The notes: generated by a model not told the origin, from the letters alone. A stretch of DNA of 64,000 nucleotides from Patescibacteria group bacterium (GCA_041648895.1 JBAZOB010000001.1:15093-79092), one strand, 5' to 3'; shown: positions 1-10,528, counted from the first letter of the stretch. Numbers and translations: made by a program.

Positions 1-382
1 CCAGGGCCGATTCGGCTTGGCCAATGGCGACAATAAAGCCCGGATTTACGTCTTGAACTTGGCCGGCGGTAGCAATGTCCACGCCATGCCCATAGAGACC
101 TGTTTCGCCCACTTGTGATTTGATGTATTCATCAATACAATTGCCAATCTCTTCGGTAGAAGGGGCATTTTCCGGATAGGTCAAATCGGCCTCGGCAGTG
201 GAACCGCCGGAACGTAGATTGTCTAGTTTATCCTGATTTTTGATGTTGAGAAAATAAAAAATCGCTCCCAAGGGTAGGAGCATCAGGGCCAAAGACAAGA
301 GCAGCATTAAACATGAACAAATACTACACCAGAGGCACCAGCGTTTTATTTCGTTACTGCTTTCTTGTTTCTCGTCAGCCAT
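1..382 (-). CDS. Partial membrane-anchored lysozyme-like/lytic transglycosylase (VirB1-like), runs off window start
   Basis: Manual translation from ATG 382: MADEKQESSNEIKRWCLWC..., TM segment, then VNPGFIVAIGQAES (lysozyme-fold ES motif); directly downstream of virB4. Confidence 0.55.
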   Translation of the reverse strand, partial: MADEKQESSNEIKRWCLWCSICSCLMLLLSLALMLLPLGAIFYFLNIKNQDKLDNLRSGGSTAEADLTYPENAPSTEEIGNCIDEYIKSQVGETGLYGHGVDIATAGQVQDVNPGFIVAIGQAESAL

Positions 383-418
383 TTTTTTATTTGGAACTTT
401 TAATTAATTATTCTCTTG

Positions 419-531
419 TGTCATCCCCGCCTTGAGCGGGGACCTCATTATTAAGTTTTTGTAAACGCCTTGTTGATGAGATCCCCGATAGCCGGAGCTC
501 CGCCCTGGGCGGATTCCGGTCGGGGATGACA
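419..531. repeat. GTCATCCCCG palindromic repeat family, copy A (with nested hairpin)
   Basis: TGTCATCCCCGCCTTGAGCGGGG...CGGGGATGACA terminal inverted repeats; related copies at 9152, 10615, 15085, 29295. Confidence 0.9.
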
Positions 532-579
532 TGAAAGATAGTTAATTAGTAAAATTCATTATTTGTAATTCGTAATTTT

Positions 580-2421
580 TTACAAATTCCCGCGCATGGC
601 GATAATTTCCTCCGGGTTGGAGGTGATGAGACGGTGTTCGGTGTAGGAGGCAACGATTTTGATTAGAACGTGGTTGAGGCCGGCAAAGAAAATGCCTTCA
701 CCGACATTGGCTTCCAGCAGGGCCATTTTTTCACCGTCGGTCAGGTTAAATGTGCGGCCAATGAGGTCAATCGAGGCGGGGGATTGTTTGAGCAAAATCT
801 GCATGGCCGAGTTGGAGATCATGGCCTTGCCCCACTTGGAGCCCAAAAAGTCCTCCACGTCTTGGGAAATAGTGGTGACGCCCAGGTAGTATTTACGGGA
901 GCGTTTGGCCAGGTTGTGTAAGAAACGGGCGGAGTCTTCATATTGCATCAGGTTCCAGGCTTCGTCGATGACCATGATGCGGCGTTTTAACTGGGTGCGG
1001 ATTTTGGTCCAGATAAAGTTGGTGATAACGTACATGGCAATCGGGCGGAGTGATTCTTCCAGATCGCGCACGGAGAAGACAATGAAGTTGGCGGACAAGT
1101 CAATGTTGGTGGGGTTGTTTAAGAGGCCGGCGTAGGAACCTTCGGTGTATTTTTGCAAGCGCCGCGCCATGGATTCGGCGCCACTCATGTTCTCCAAGAC
1201 ATTGAATAAATCTTGCAATAGGGGCGGGGGATTTTTGTGAGAAGCCGCGTCTTCAGTAATGTCTTTGAGGGCGTAAGCTTCTTTGATGGCTTTGTCCATG
1301 ACGGCCGATTCTTCCGGAGTGAGTTGCCCGAGCATGATATTCATAATGCCGGAGATGGTGATAATGGCGGTGCGAAGAGCGTTTTCTTCTTCGCCGGCTT
1401 GGGTTTCGGGCAGTTCCAGGGGATTGATTTTACGGTCGGAATTGATGGAAATGGGGATATAGGTGCCGCCGACGGCTTCGCAGAGAGTTTGATATTCATT
1501 TTCCGGGTCGATGATAATGACGTTGGTACCCAGCATAAGATAGCGTAGGCATTCCAGTTTGACGGTGTAACTTTTACCGGCGCCGGAGGTGGCAAAAATG
1601 GTGCAGTTGGGATTGGGCAGGTCAAACCGATCAAAAATAATTAATGATTGATTGTGGCCGTTGAAGCCATAGAAAATACCGTTGTCGCTGGTTAGATCAA
1701 CCGAGGTGAAAGGAAAAGAAGTGGAAATGGCGTCGGTGTCCAGGTTACGGGTGATGTTTAATTCGTCGTTACCCAGGGGTAGGGTGCTGTTGAAACCGGG
1801 TTCTTGTTGGAGAATGGAATTTTTGGTGTAGATGAGAGAGCCGCCCAGGACAGTCTCCAGGTGGTCAATATTGGCTTTGAGTTCTTTTTCACTGTCGGCA
1901 TAGACGGTGAAATATAGTCCATAGAGAAATAGTTTTTCGCTGCCTTGTTGAATGCGATAACGCAATTCTTCGGCGTCCTGAATGGCGGTTTCCAGTTTGG
2001 GATCGGAAACTTCGCCTTTTTCGCGGCCAATGGCGTAGGTGGCCTGCATGCGCCCGACGCGATTGCGCAGGTCTTCCAGGACGGCTTTGGATTCCTGGGG
2101 GTAGATATACATGCTGATATCCATGGTGGCGTCGTAGGCAATGATCGGGGAAAGCCAGTTGGTGTTTAAAAAGCGGGGGTAGGTAAAAACAAACAGCGTC
2201 TGCACGTAGCTGTCGTTGATGATCAGATAGTTGGGGGTAATGCGAAAGGCGGAGGGAGCGACGATATCTTTGAGAGTGGTCATGCCTTCTTCAAAGACAC
2301 GTCGGGCTTCGGCCAGCCGTTTTTTTTCTTCTTCCAGCCGTTTCTTTTCTTCCATCGCGGCCACTTGAGCCGGATCAGTTGGCTTTTTTTTGAAAATGTT
2401 TATTTTGTCGAAAATGCTCAT
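580..2421 (-). CDS. virB4: VirB4/TraE-like type IV secretion ATPase
   Basis: Walker A ATSGAGKS, IIIDPENEY, Walker B MVIDEAW, RSRKY, ISQDVEDF; T4SS context. Confidence 0.9.
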   Translation of the reverse strand: MSIFDKINIFKKKPTDPAQVAAMEEKKRLEEEKKRLAEARRVFEEGMTTLKDIVAPSAFRITPNYLIINDSYVQTLFVFTYPRFLNTNWLSPIIAYDATMDISMYIYPQESKAVLEDLRNRVGRMQATYAIGREKGEVSDPKLETAIQDAEELRYRIQQGSEKLFLYGLYFTVYADSEKELKANIDHLETVLGGSLIYTKNSILQQEPGFNSTLPLGNDELNITRNLDTDAISTSFPFTSVDLTSDNGIFYGFNGHNQSLIIFDRFDLPNPNCTIFATSGAGKSYTVKLECLRYLMLGTNVIIIDPENEYQTLCEAVGGTYIPISINSDRKINPLELPETQAGEEENALRTAIITISGIMNIMLGQLTPEESAVMDKAIKEAYALKDITEDAASHKNPPPLLQDLFNVLENMSGAESMARRLQKYTEGSYAGLLNNPTNIDLSANFIVFSVRDLEESLRPIAMYVITNFIWTKIRTQLKRRIMVIDEAWNLMQYEDSARFLHNLAKRSRKYYLGVTTISQDVEDFLGSKWGKAMISNSAMQILLKQSPASIDLIGRTFNLTDGEKMALLEANVGEGIFFAGLNHVLIKIVASYTEHRLITSNPEEIIAMRGNL

Positions 2422-2440
2422 TGTTTATTTTTTATAATTA

Positions 2441-2507
2441 AAGGATCAAGTATCAAGGATCAAGTGCCAAGTGACTTGAAACTTGATCCTTGATACTTGA
2501 AACTTGA
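2441..2507. repeat. Heptamer-based (TCAAG-core) palindromic repeat
   Basis: AAGGATC/AAGTATC heptamers followed by their reverse complements; near-inverted copy at 3226-3291. Confidence 0.85.
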
Positions 2508-2509
2508 TG

Positions 2510-3214
2510 TTACTCTTCCTCCTGACTAAGGACACTGCCCACGATATCAGACGTGAGTGATTCAATTTTAAATAAACGTTGGTGGCGAGAGGTGAGGGGG
2601 TTGAAGTGAGCGTACATGAGTTCGGCAATTTCCTGGGTGGTGAGGGTGACGGCGCGTAGGCCCATGGAGCCAATACCATTGGAAATCAGGCCAATGCGTT
2701 CGTTGATTTTTTCTTTGGCTTGCTTGAATTCTTTGGCTTTAACTAATTGTTCATCTTGGCTGGGGAATAATTTTTGCCAAAAACCTTTGGCGGAAACATC
2801 GGGTGGATAGTAGGAAACGATGATAAAGAATTTTTTTTCCATGATGTTAGTAACTTGCAAGAGGCGCTGGATGAAGGAAATATATTCACTCATCTGCATG
2901 CGTAGCAGATCATTTTCTTGCTTGACTTCCAGGTCTTTGAGCTTGGCAATGTATTCGGATAGATCGAGTTTTTTGGATTGCACCACGATTTGGATGGGGA
3001 AGGGGAGGGAATTGAGAAAATTCTGATATTGATAGATAATGGCGTTTTGTTCCTGATCGGACTTCAGGTCAAAATTGATGGCGGAAGTCAGCAGCACACT
3101 GCGCAAGCTGCCATCTTTCATGATGACAAATCCATCGCGTATTTCCTGGAAAGGTAAATACTTTTGAGTGGAGCTTTTGGTGGTGTTTTTGGATTTTTTA
3201 AGTTTTGGTTTCAC
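2510..3214 (-). CDS. T4SS-associated protein typical of the gene upstream of virB4 in CPR loci
   Basis: STQKYLPFQEIRDG...SAINFDLKS...FLNSLPFPIQI motif; the track start (3241) lies in a repeat, GTG 3214 is more likely. Confidence 0.7.
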   Translation of the reverse strand: MKPKLKKSKNTTKSSTQKYLPFQEIRDGFVIMKDGSLRSVLLTSAINFDLKSDQEQNAIIYQYQNFLNSLPFPIQIVVQSKKLDLSEYIAKLKDLEVKQENDLLRMQMSEYISFIQRLLQVTNIMEKKFFIIVSYYPPDVSAKGFWQKLFPSQDEQLVKAKEFKQAKEKINERIGLISNGIGSMGLRAVTLTTQEIAELMYAHFNPLTSRHQRLFKIESLTSDIVGSVLSQEEE

Positions 3215-3225
3215 AATATTTATTA

Positions 3226-3291
3226 AAGGATCAAGTTCCAAGGATCAAGTTTCAAGTCATTTGGCACTTGATTCTTGGTACTTGATACTTG
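3226..3291. repeat. Heptamer-based palindromic repeat (inverted copy of 2441-2507)
   Basis: CAAGGATCAAGTTTCAAGTCATTTGGCACTTGA... matches reverse complement of 2441-2507. Confidence 0.85.
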
Positions 3292-4005
3292 TTATATTTG
3301 TTTCTGTTTATTTAAAATTTCCTCAATAGCGGCTTTTTTGGCATCTCCCATTTCTTTGAGCATGGTGGTGGTGTCGGTGGTGGCGGGTTTTTGGCGTTTG
3401 AACAAGCCGCCGATAATATTACCAATTCCATTACCGGTGGTGGTATCTTTGGGGGTGGGGATTTTGATTTCGGGAACGGCGGCGGTGGGAGTGGATAGAA
3501 CGGTAGCTTTTTTGACATTGGGTTGGGGACGGGTGGCGGGTTTATCTTGTTCGTGTTCGGTCATTTTTTGCCGGACGTCTTTTTCGGGTTCGATCTGGGT
3601 ATCGAGGATGAGGGAGAGTTGTTGTAATTGTGATTTGACTTCGCCGGGGTGACGGATAGCTTCTTTTTCCTTGGCTTTATCGGCTTTACTGGTTTGAGAA
3701 CTGAGTTCAAAAACGGGTGGTGGCTGCTGTTGCCAGAGCATGACTTTGGGGCTGGCCAAAAAGAGTAACAGGTTGGCGATAAATTTGGAAAAGGGCTGTT
3801 CGTTGACGGGTACAAAGGCAAAGGCGATGGCGACCAGGGCGACGGGGATGGACAAGGCGTAGAACAAATTGCCGTAACCGAAATATAGATACACCATATA
3901 TATTATAGCCGAGGCGAACAGTAGGTACAAAAATTGCTCCAAGGTCAGGGGACCAATAATTTGATCTGGCATCTTGATATTTTGGGGGACTTTGTATTGG
4001 AGCAT
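3292..4005 (-). CDS. PrgI family membrane protein (VirB3-like)
   Basis: N-terminal QYKVPQNI...DQIIGPLTLEQF plus two TM helices. Confidence 0.8.
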   Translation of the reverse strand: MLQYKVPQNIKMPDQIIGPLTLEQFLYLLFASAIIYMVYLYFGYGNLFYALSIPVALVAIAFAFVPVNEQPFSKFIANLLLFLASPKVMLWQQQPPPVFELSSQTSKADKAKEKEAIRHPGEVKSQLQQLSLILDTQIEPEKDVRQKMTEHEQDKPATRPQPNVKKATVLSTPTAAVPEIKIPTPKDTTTGNGIGNIIGGLFKRQKPATTDTTTMLKEMGDAKKAAIEEILNKQKQI

Positions 4006-4053
4006 TTGTTTTTATTACGAATGACGAATTATGAGGAACTTGTAGGGGCGGGG

Positions 4054-6714
4054 TTACTTGATAAACATTGCTAGATATGGTTTGAGTTCGTCTAATACGC
4101 CTTGTTGAATTAATTTATTGCGAATTTCGATGCCAGATCTTTTATCGTCGATCATTTTTGCTACAACTGGGTTATTTTGTACAAACTCTTTTTTAAATTC
4201 TTTTGTAGTTTTTGTGTTATTGTCGAAGAAATATTCGACTCTTTTTTCGTGACTATCGGTTTGAAAATTGGTATTACCATCTACCACCTTAAAATTTTCA
4301 CCACCTTGATGATCTTTATAAATATTGTTTATGCCGTTGTAGATTATCTGTTCGGTTGAATTGGCTGATCCTCCATGTGGGGGGACAAAATTTCGTTCAT
4401 TGGTAGTGAAATAATTAGAATTTTGAACAGTATTTTGAACGGATTGTTTGGCTTCCCCCGTTCTTTTGATGGCTTCTTTTATTTGATAATTGACTATGTT
4501 GTTGTCTGGACTACTGATAGCGCCATTTTTGTCGGTGCTAATATCTTTCAACAATTCGTTGAGTTTTTCGGCCCCAGCGTTTCTGGCGATATCTTGTGCG
4601 TTTTTAATATCGCCACCAGGTCTGATTTCGTCCATGATGGCTCTTAACGCAGCGGCACTTAAGTTTCCATGAGCGACACCAAGACGTTCACTGTTAATTC
4701 TGATATTATTTTCAGCATTTGTCTTTATTGTGTTAAATAATTTATTTACGGTAGTAAAATGATTATTAGCGTTTGGTTCGGATTTGTTATAACTTTCGAA
4801 TGCTTTACTTACTAACTGGTCTCCATTGGGGGGTGGAGTTACTCCGAAATTGCCGGCAGCGGCGTTAGCATTTGAAGTTTTAGCAATATTGACTATATCT
4901 GTGTCACTGAGATTTAGGTCTTTGGGATTTTTGGCTACATCGAGTAATGTGCCCTGATTTTCGGGGTTACGTTTGGTTCCTTTGACATTCATATATTCAT
5001 CAAATTCAATACCATTGGCTGTCATGAGTTGACCAAGAAGTTTTTCACCCAAAGCTTTTCTTTCTGGTTTAGCATCGTTTAATGACATTTGTTTTAGGGC
5101 GCCGAACATATTACTCAGGTTTTCTTGAACAGCACCCTCAGTATTTTTGCCATTGATCAAATTGTTGAATCCGGCCGAGTGGTCTTTTTTTGTTTCGTCG
5201 AATGCTCGTTTAAACTGATCTTCGTCCCAACTGTTGTACATGACACTTTCCATGGATTTATCTCTTCGTCTGGCAACGTTTTTCATGTCGCCAAGTCTTT
5301 CTAACTCGGTCATGTTGTTGTATCGTGTGTCGGTGGCCAAGTTTTTTTCAGCTTGGAGTTTGGCGGCTTCTCTACCGGCTCGCAATTTACCAAGACCACC
5401 AAATATACCACGACCACCAAATAATGTTTTTCCTGCCCAGCTTTCAGGCATAGGGGTTCCTAATATTGGAACTTTCTTTGGGAATTTAATACCAGATTCG
5501 GCAAGATGTCCGGCTCCTTCCTTGATACCCATTTGTTCCCAACCATATCCGCCGGCTTTTTTTCCTAGGTTAGTAATACCTGTGATAAGTTGTTGGCCGA
5601 TACCGCCTAGTTGGAAGGGAAGCATGATGGCGGCGATCATGACGGCGACGCCGGCAACATATCTAATGGCGCCATAAATCCAGCTGGTTTCTTGATATCC
5701 GCTAACTGGTGCGGCATGAGCAATGTCAAATATATTAATGTGATGTAATAATGAAGAAGTAGTGGGGTAAGTGTATGTTTGGTCGCCGAATAAGGTGGCT
5801 AGATATAAGAGGAAGAATACGGCTGGAGCCAAAAATATCCAAGTGAATAATTGTTTTACATACGTTTCTCCAAAAGATCGGGTGGGAGGAAATGAGTAAA
5901 AAATAATGGCAATGGGGGCGATGGTGATCAAGATGAAGATAACCATATATCGAGCGAGAAAGACAAGTGAAAGGATAAATAGCAGTATTGTGGGGAGTAG
6001 ATATAAAATAAGGGCGCCAGTGACGACGGCTAGTATTATTATTCCTCCCCATGGGTTAGCGGCACCAGCGATACCGAGGCCCGCGATAGCCCCTATTGGC
6101 CAAAAAAATCCGAACCAATTTGCTAAAGCATCTCCAGTTTTAATAGCATTACCAGTGACAGGGTCAATGGCAAAATCCATACCAGTTGACAGTCTTATTA
6201 GTCGGCAAGCTAAACTGCAAGAGGGATCAGATATGTTGTGTAATAATTCGTTGACGAGTAGGTCGGAAAAATCAAGTAGAACGGATATAATTAGGAAACT
6301 TAAGTTAGCTAATACGAAGCCAGCGATTAGGGACGGCAGAGTTTTCTTAATTTCGTAGGTATTTATTTCCAGTCTGGTAGCGTTGGCAAAGGCGATGGCG
6401 ATTAAAAATAGAACGAAAAATATGTTGACGAAATATATAGAATATTGCCAGCCAGTTTGAAATGAGGTTATGCTGGTGTCGATGTGTGAGGTCCCATCTA
6501 ATAATCTGATGGCAACGTTTGTTAGCCAATAAAGAATATGAAAAACTAGAGCGGCTAGAGTGAAGATACCGTTGACAAGTGTATCTTGCCACCAACTACC
6601 ACCGGCTGCGGCTTGATCGGGAAAGTAGTCTTTCATGGTTGGAGTAGCTGAGATTATATGTATGGCTTGGGAAAAAGATGATTGAATTGTCGATAGGTCT
6701 AACAAATGTTCCAT
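4054..6714 (-). CDS. VirB6/TrbL-like polytopic membrane protein with long soluble C-terminal domain
   Basis: Multiple TM segments; IKKTLPSLIAGFVLANLS and ILITIAPIAI motifs; paralog of the adjacent gene. Confidence 0.7.
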   Translation of the reverse strand: MEHLLDLSTIQSSFSQAIHIISATPTMKDYFPDQAAAGGSWWQDTLVNGIFTLAALVFHILYWLTNVAIRLLDGTSHIDTSITSFQTGWQYSIYFVNIFFVLFLIAIAFANATRLEINTYEIKKTLPSLIAGFVLANLSFLIISVLLDFSDLLVNELLHNISDPSCSLACRLIRLSTGMDFAIDPVTGNAIKTGDALANWFGFFWPIGAIAGLGIAGAANPWGGIIILAVVTGALILYLLPTILLFILSLVFLARYMVIFILITIAPIAIIFYSFPPTRSFGETYVKQLFTWIFLAPAVFFLLYLATLFGDQTYTYPTTSSLLHHINIFDIAHAAPVSGYQETSWIYGAIRYVAGVAVMIAAIMLPFQLGGIGQQLITGITNLGKKAGGYGWEQMGIKEGAGHLAESGIKFPKKVPILGTPMPESWAGKTLFGGRGIFGGLGKLRAGREAAKLQAEKNLATDTRYNNMTELERLGDMKNVARRRDKSMESVMYNSWDEDQFKRAFDETKKDHSAGFNNLINGKNTEGAVQENLSNMFGALKQMSLNDAKPERKALGEKLLGQLMTANGIEFDEYMNVKGTKRNPENQGTLLDVAKNPKDLNLSDTDIVNIAKTSNANAAAGNFGVTPPPNGDQLVSKAFESYNKSEPNANNHFTTVNKLFNTIKTNAENNIRINSERLGVAHGNLSAAALRAIMDEIRPGGDIKNAQDIARNAGAEKLNELLKDISTDKNGAISSPDNNIVNYQIKEAIKRTGEAKQSVQNTVQNSNYFTTNERNFVPPHGGSANSTEQIIYNGINNIYKDHQGGENFKVVDGNTNFQTDSHEKRVEYFFDNNTKTTKEFKKEFVQNNPVVAKMIDDKRSGIEIRNKLIQQGVLDELKPYLAMFIK

Positions 6715-6754
6715 ATTTTATATAAATATTATTTTTATGAAAAAAATTATTTAA

Positions 6755-9025
6755 TTACGCGGTATTGATTGGTGGAACGGTGTTGTATTTGGGGATGGTG
6801 GTGGAGACGGGGCGGGGAGTGGAGGTGGCGGTGGTGGCGGAAGATGGGGCGGAGGATGGGGTGGCGTCGAGGCCTTTTTGGACGGTGGTGGAAATGTTTT
6901 GGCTAGAAGTAAGTTGAGTGGTGATCTGGTTGAGAGTGGTTAGGGTTTGATAGTTATTGTTGGTTTGCTGGCCTTGTTGGATGAGTTGTTTGAGTTCGGG
7001 GCTAGAGGCGGCGTCAATGGCGGCCTTGATGTCGCCATTGCGGACGCTGGTCATGATGCCGCGGACGTTATCGGCGCTAATATTAGGGTTGTTTTTAATA
7101 ATTTGAGTAGCTTGTTGAGAACCTTTGGATTGAATATCACGGTTGTAGCTGACCAGGTCATTGAGGCTTTGGAGTTTGACACCCTCACCGGTGGTGATAT
7201 TGGCGGCGCTAATGTTGGAGTCATATTGGTTGCGAACTTCGACGGGGATAGATTGAATGATTTTATTGGTTTCGGCCGGAGTTTTGGCGTCAGCCAGAGC
7301 AGCAACGGTGGAGCGGTCGGAAACATAACTGGCGACATTGAATTGAGGGGGAGTGCCACTGGTGAGCTGGTCAACGGCCACGCCCATTTTTTGACTTAAT
7401 TCGTTGCCTTTCCATTCAATCTTTTGGCCGGTACCAGTGCCGGCGCCACCGCCGCTGCCAGTATTGCCAGCACCTCCGGCACTGCCCGCGGCAAGAGGAC
7501 TTATTTTATTTTTTGATGCTTGGGTTTTATCTTTTCTCTGGGCTTCCGCGCCAATTTGTTTAGCTTTTTCGCGCCAGGCGTTGAGCCGTTTTTGGTATTC
7601 CTGGAAAGATCTGGTGAGAGGGTTATTGCGGTCTTGGTTTTTATTTTGTGGTTCTTCGGTCATTACCTCAGCTTCTTTTTCAGTTTTATTAAATCCAGCG
7701 ATGAATTTATTTGACTGGGTTTCGGGAGTGTTTTGGTTGGCGAGCGAAGTGCCGCCGCCGGTGGGGCCAATATAGTTGCCTTGTTCATCAATATTTGTTA
7801 AAGCGGTGCGGGGGAAAGTTGGGGGAGGAGCGACAGTTCCGGTTGATTGTGGGGGCACGCCCCCGCCAATACCACGGGTCATGGGATTGTTGCCGCCGAG
7901 TAGATTGGTGACGGCGCGGAGGGGATTTTGTCCGTAGAGCGGAGCCATCATCAGGTAGCTGGTGATTTGCTGGCCGAAGCTGGAAAGGGATAGGGGGATA
8001 AAAATAGCGAATAAAAGGACAAAAATGCCGGACATGTAGCTGACAATTGTTTGGGTAAAATCATTGTCATTGACGTCGACAGTGGGAGAAAAAATGGTCG
8101 AGAGACCGAGGATAAAAAATATAATGGGCAGGATAAAATTCCAGGTGAGGAAGTAGTTGAGCCATTTTTCGCCAATGGCTTTGGAGGGGGGAAAGAAAAG
8201 TAAGATAATGCCCAGTGGGGCCAGGACGATCAGAATGTACAGGATGATATTGCGGATGATGCTGACAAACGCCAGGACGATAATGGCCAGACAGGGCAAA
8301 GAGTAAAAAAAGGCGGCGATAAGTAAATTGATGATCAGTTTCAGTTCAGCCAGTTCGGCTTCGTCGCCGATGTTGTTTACTGCCAATACGATGGTATTTA
8401 GATCGGTGGAGCTGAAACGGTCGATAAAAGCATTGAGCATGTTGGTATTGGTACCGCTTAAGTCAATACCGATGGTCGTATTTAGTACTTTGTTGATGAT
8501 ATCTCCGCCGAAGATGGTATTGAGTTCAACAATCATCAAGTCGCCAACATCGAGCAGAGCTTTGCAGAGCAATAGACTAAAGTTGGCAATAATGAAGCCG
8601 GCAATCAGGGCAGGCAGAGTTTTTTTGATGGCATAGGTTTCAATGTTCAGGCGCAGGGCGTTGGCCAGAGCAATGGCAATCAGGACAAATATGGCGATAA
8701 TGTTGACAAAGAAAATGGCGTAACCCCAACCGGTTTCCAGCTGGTTGTTTTCCAGGCTGACGTACTGTGAATTTTCCACCACATTGGCGGCCAGTTTGGA
8801 GAAGGTGCCAAGGATACTGAGCCAGCTGATAATTTGTTGGGCAATGGCTTGGGCCAGGGAGGAAATGTGTTCTAAATCTTCGATGTCAAACATCTCAGCA
8901 AATCGCAGCAGGATTTTGCTGAGATTGGAATCTTCCGCCAGGTAACCAATGGCATAAAAACTACTGAGTAGGATTGACGACATTATAGAGATGGCTACAA
9001 TGAATAAATCATAATATTGTACCAA
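6755..9025 (-). CDS. VirB6/TrbL-like polytopic membrane protein with low-complexity C-terminus
   Basis: IKKTLPALIAGFIIANFS, ILIVLAPLG; Gly/Thr/Gln-rich tail. Confidence 0.7.
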   Translation of the reverse strand: MVQYYDLFIVAISIMSSILLSSFYAIGYLAEDSNLSKILLRFAEMFDIEDLEHISSLAQAIAQQIISWLSILGTFSKLAANVVENSQYVSLENNQLETGWGYAIFFVNIIAIFVLIAIALANALRLNIETYAIKKTLPALIAGFIIANFSLLLCKALLDVGDLMIVELNTIFGGDIINKVLNTTIGIDLSGTNTNMLNAFIDRFSSTDLNTIVLAVNNIGDEAELAELKLIINLLIAAFFYSLPCLAIIVLAFVSIIRNIILYILIVLAPLGIILLFFPPSKAIGEKWLNYFLTWNFILPIIFFILGLSTIFSPTVDVNDNDFTQTIVSYMSGIFVLLFAIFIPLSLSSFGQQITSYLMMAPLYGQNPLRAVTNLLGGNNPMTRGIGGGVPPQSTGTVAPPPTFPRTALTNIDEQGNYIGPTGGGTSLANQNTPETQSNKFIAGFNKTEKEAEVMTEEPQNKNQDRNNPLTRSFQEYQKRLNAWREKAKQIGAEAQRKDKTQASKNKISPLAAGSAGGAGNTGSGGGAGTGTGQKIEWKGNELSQKMGVAVDQLTSGTPPQFNVASYVSDRSTVAALADAKTPAETNKIIQSIPVEVRNQYDSNISAANITTGEGVKLQSLNDLVSYNRDIQSKGSQQATQIIKNNPNISADNVRGIMTSVRNGDIKAAIDAASSPELKQLIQQGQQTNNNYQTLTTLNQITTQLTSSQNISTTVQKGLDATPSSAPSSATTATSTPRPVSTTIPKYNTVPPINTA

Positions 9026-9151
9026 ATTTCTTCCCTATCTGTCAAGGTTTATGATTTTTAAATTACCTTATTTTCAATTAAATAGATTATATATTAACAA
9101 GCGGGGGGAATAATTACAAATTAATGGGTTGTACTTATTAGTCATTTCCCC

Positions 9152-9239
9152 TGTCATCCCCGCCTTGAGCGGGGATCTCATATGTAACGCGTTTATTACA
9201 GTCTTGATGATGAGATCCCCGCTCAAGGCGGGGATGACA
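9152..9239. repeat. GTCATCCCCG repeat, copy B (29-bp perfect IR plus 30-bp spacer)
   Basis: TGTCATCCCCGCCTTGAGCGGGGATCTCA-N30-TGAGATCCCCGCTCAAGGCGGGGATGACA. Confidence 0.95.
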
Positions 9240-9291
9240 TATAAAGAGATTAATTCAGACTACTCATTAATTTGTAATTTTATTTATCAAT

Positions 9292-9322
9292 AAAAACAGT
9301 CTCCTGTTTTTAAGGAGACTGT
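9292..9322 (-). terminator. Intrinsic terminator after pilin cluster
   Basis: ACAGTCTCCT/AGGAGACTGT stem followed by a U-run on the minus strand. Confidence 0.65.
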
Positions 9323-9348
9323 AATGAAAAATATGTGCTTATTTATTA

Positions 9349-9693
9349 CTACCCTCGTCGGATTTCATCAATAATGTAACTTACGATCAGGCTGGCAGAG
9401 ACGATCAGGATGAGGCCGATGACTGACCAGGTGATGGTACTGATGGCTTTTTTGGATTCTTCTGGATTGCCGGTGGCGGTGATGTATTTGTAGCCACCAA
9501 TGATGGCAAAAGCGACCGCAATTAGTCCGGACAGTACAGTGGCCACATTGATCAATGTGCCGAGAAAATCATAGATAGTCACATTTTCGTCCAGTGGATT
9601 GAGTTTTTTTAATTGATCAGCAAAATTGAGGGCAAGTATTGGCCACGGCGTTTGAGCAAGAAAATCGGCGAGCGAATTTATTGGTGGCAACAT
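9349..9693 (-). CDS. VirB2/TrbC-like T4SS pilin
   Basis: IIGGYKYITATGNPEESKKAISTITWSVIGL pilin motif. Confidence 0.85.
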   Translation of the reverse strand: MLPPINSLADFLAQTPWPILALNFADQLKKLNPLDENVTIYDFLGTLINVATVLSGLIAVAFAIIGGYKYITATGNPEESKKAISTITWSVIGLILIVSASLIVSYIIDEIRRG

Positions 9694-9733
9694 GATATAA
9701 TATTACTTCTTAATTTGGCAGAGGGGCTTCGCG

Positions 9734-10114
9734 TTACTGATTCTCATCTACAACTGTATCTATTAGTTCTGTTCCGGGCAGAGCATTTTGAACTGTGACA
9801 ACAATGGCGTAGGCAGCAAAGATAACAACTAGACCAATAACGGCGTTGAGCAAGGTTTTGGTGGCTTTTTTATTTTGTTCTTCATTACCGCCGGCGGTAA
9901 TGTAGTTGAAACCGCCAATAATGAGGTAGATTACGGCTACCAAACCAGCGGCGCCCAGGATGTAGTTAATAACAGTGAAGGCAAATGTTTCTGCCGTGCC
10001 TTTGAAACCCATAAAAGTGCTGGTGGCGGTGGCGGCATTGGCAGCTAGTGTGCAGTAGACCATTGTATAGGCGGTCAAACCAGCGGCGCTGATTTTTTTG
10101 GCCAGTTTACTCAT
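9734..10114 (-). CDS. VirB2/TrbC-like T4SS pilin
   Basis: Signal peptide; IIGGFNYITAGGNEEQNKKATKTLLNAVIGL. Confidence 0.85.
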   Translation of the reverse strand: MSKLAKKISAAGLTAYTMVYCTLAANAATATSTFMGFKGTAETFAFTVINYILGAAGLVAVIYLIIGGFNYITAGGNEEQNKKATKTLLNAVIGLVVIFAAYAIVVTVQNALPGTELIDTVVDENQ

Positions 10115-10150
10115 AGTTTTTACTCCAAAAAATTATTTAATAATTACAAA

Positions 10151-10528
10151 TTAAAAGGGCCAGGTGCTTGATTGATAGTTAATGGCGTTTTCGATGGAAA
10201 CTTTGATGGCATAGGCGGCGAAAACGACCAGGAGGCCAATGACGGCGAAGGTGAGGGTTTTGGTGGCTTTTTTGTGGGTTTCTTCGTTGCCGGCGGAGGT
10301 AATGTATTGAAACCCGCCGAGGATAATAAAGACAACGGAAACGAGGCCGGCGATACTCAGGGCGTAATTGATGATGGCCATTATCAGGTCGACAGCATTG
10401 TCAAAAGGTAGGGGATTGTCGGGGGTAACGACATTAATTTCCGGTGGGGCAGCCAATATTTTTGGTGGATGCCACATGACCAGGCTGGTAAAAATAAAAG
10501 ACAGGATTGTGTGGTTTATTTTTTTCAT
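10151..10528 (-). CDS. VirB2/TrbC-like T4SS pilin
   Basis: ILGGFQYITSAGNEETHKKATKTLTFAVIGL. Confidence 0.85.
   Translation of the reverse strand: MKKINHTILSFIFTSLVMWHPPKILAAPPEINVVTPDNPLPFDNAVDLIMAIINYALSIAGLVSVVFIILGGFQYITSAGNEETHKKATKTLTFAVIGLLVVFAAYAIKVSIENAINYQSSTWPF

Noticed and set aside
2446-2679. 77-aa ORF ending IKFQVSRIKFQV
   Set aside because: Alternative frame running into heptamer repeats; no independent support.
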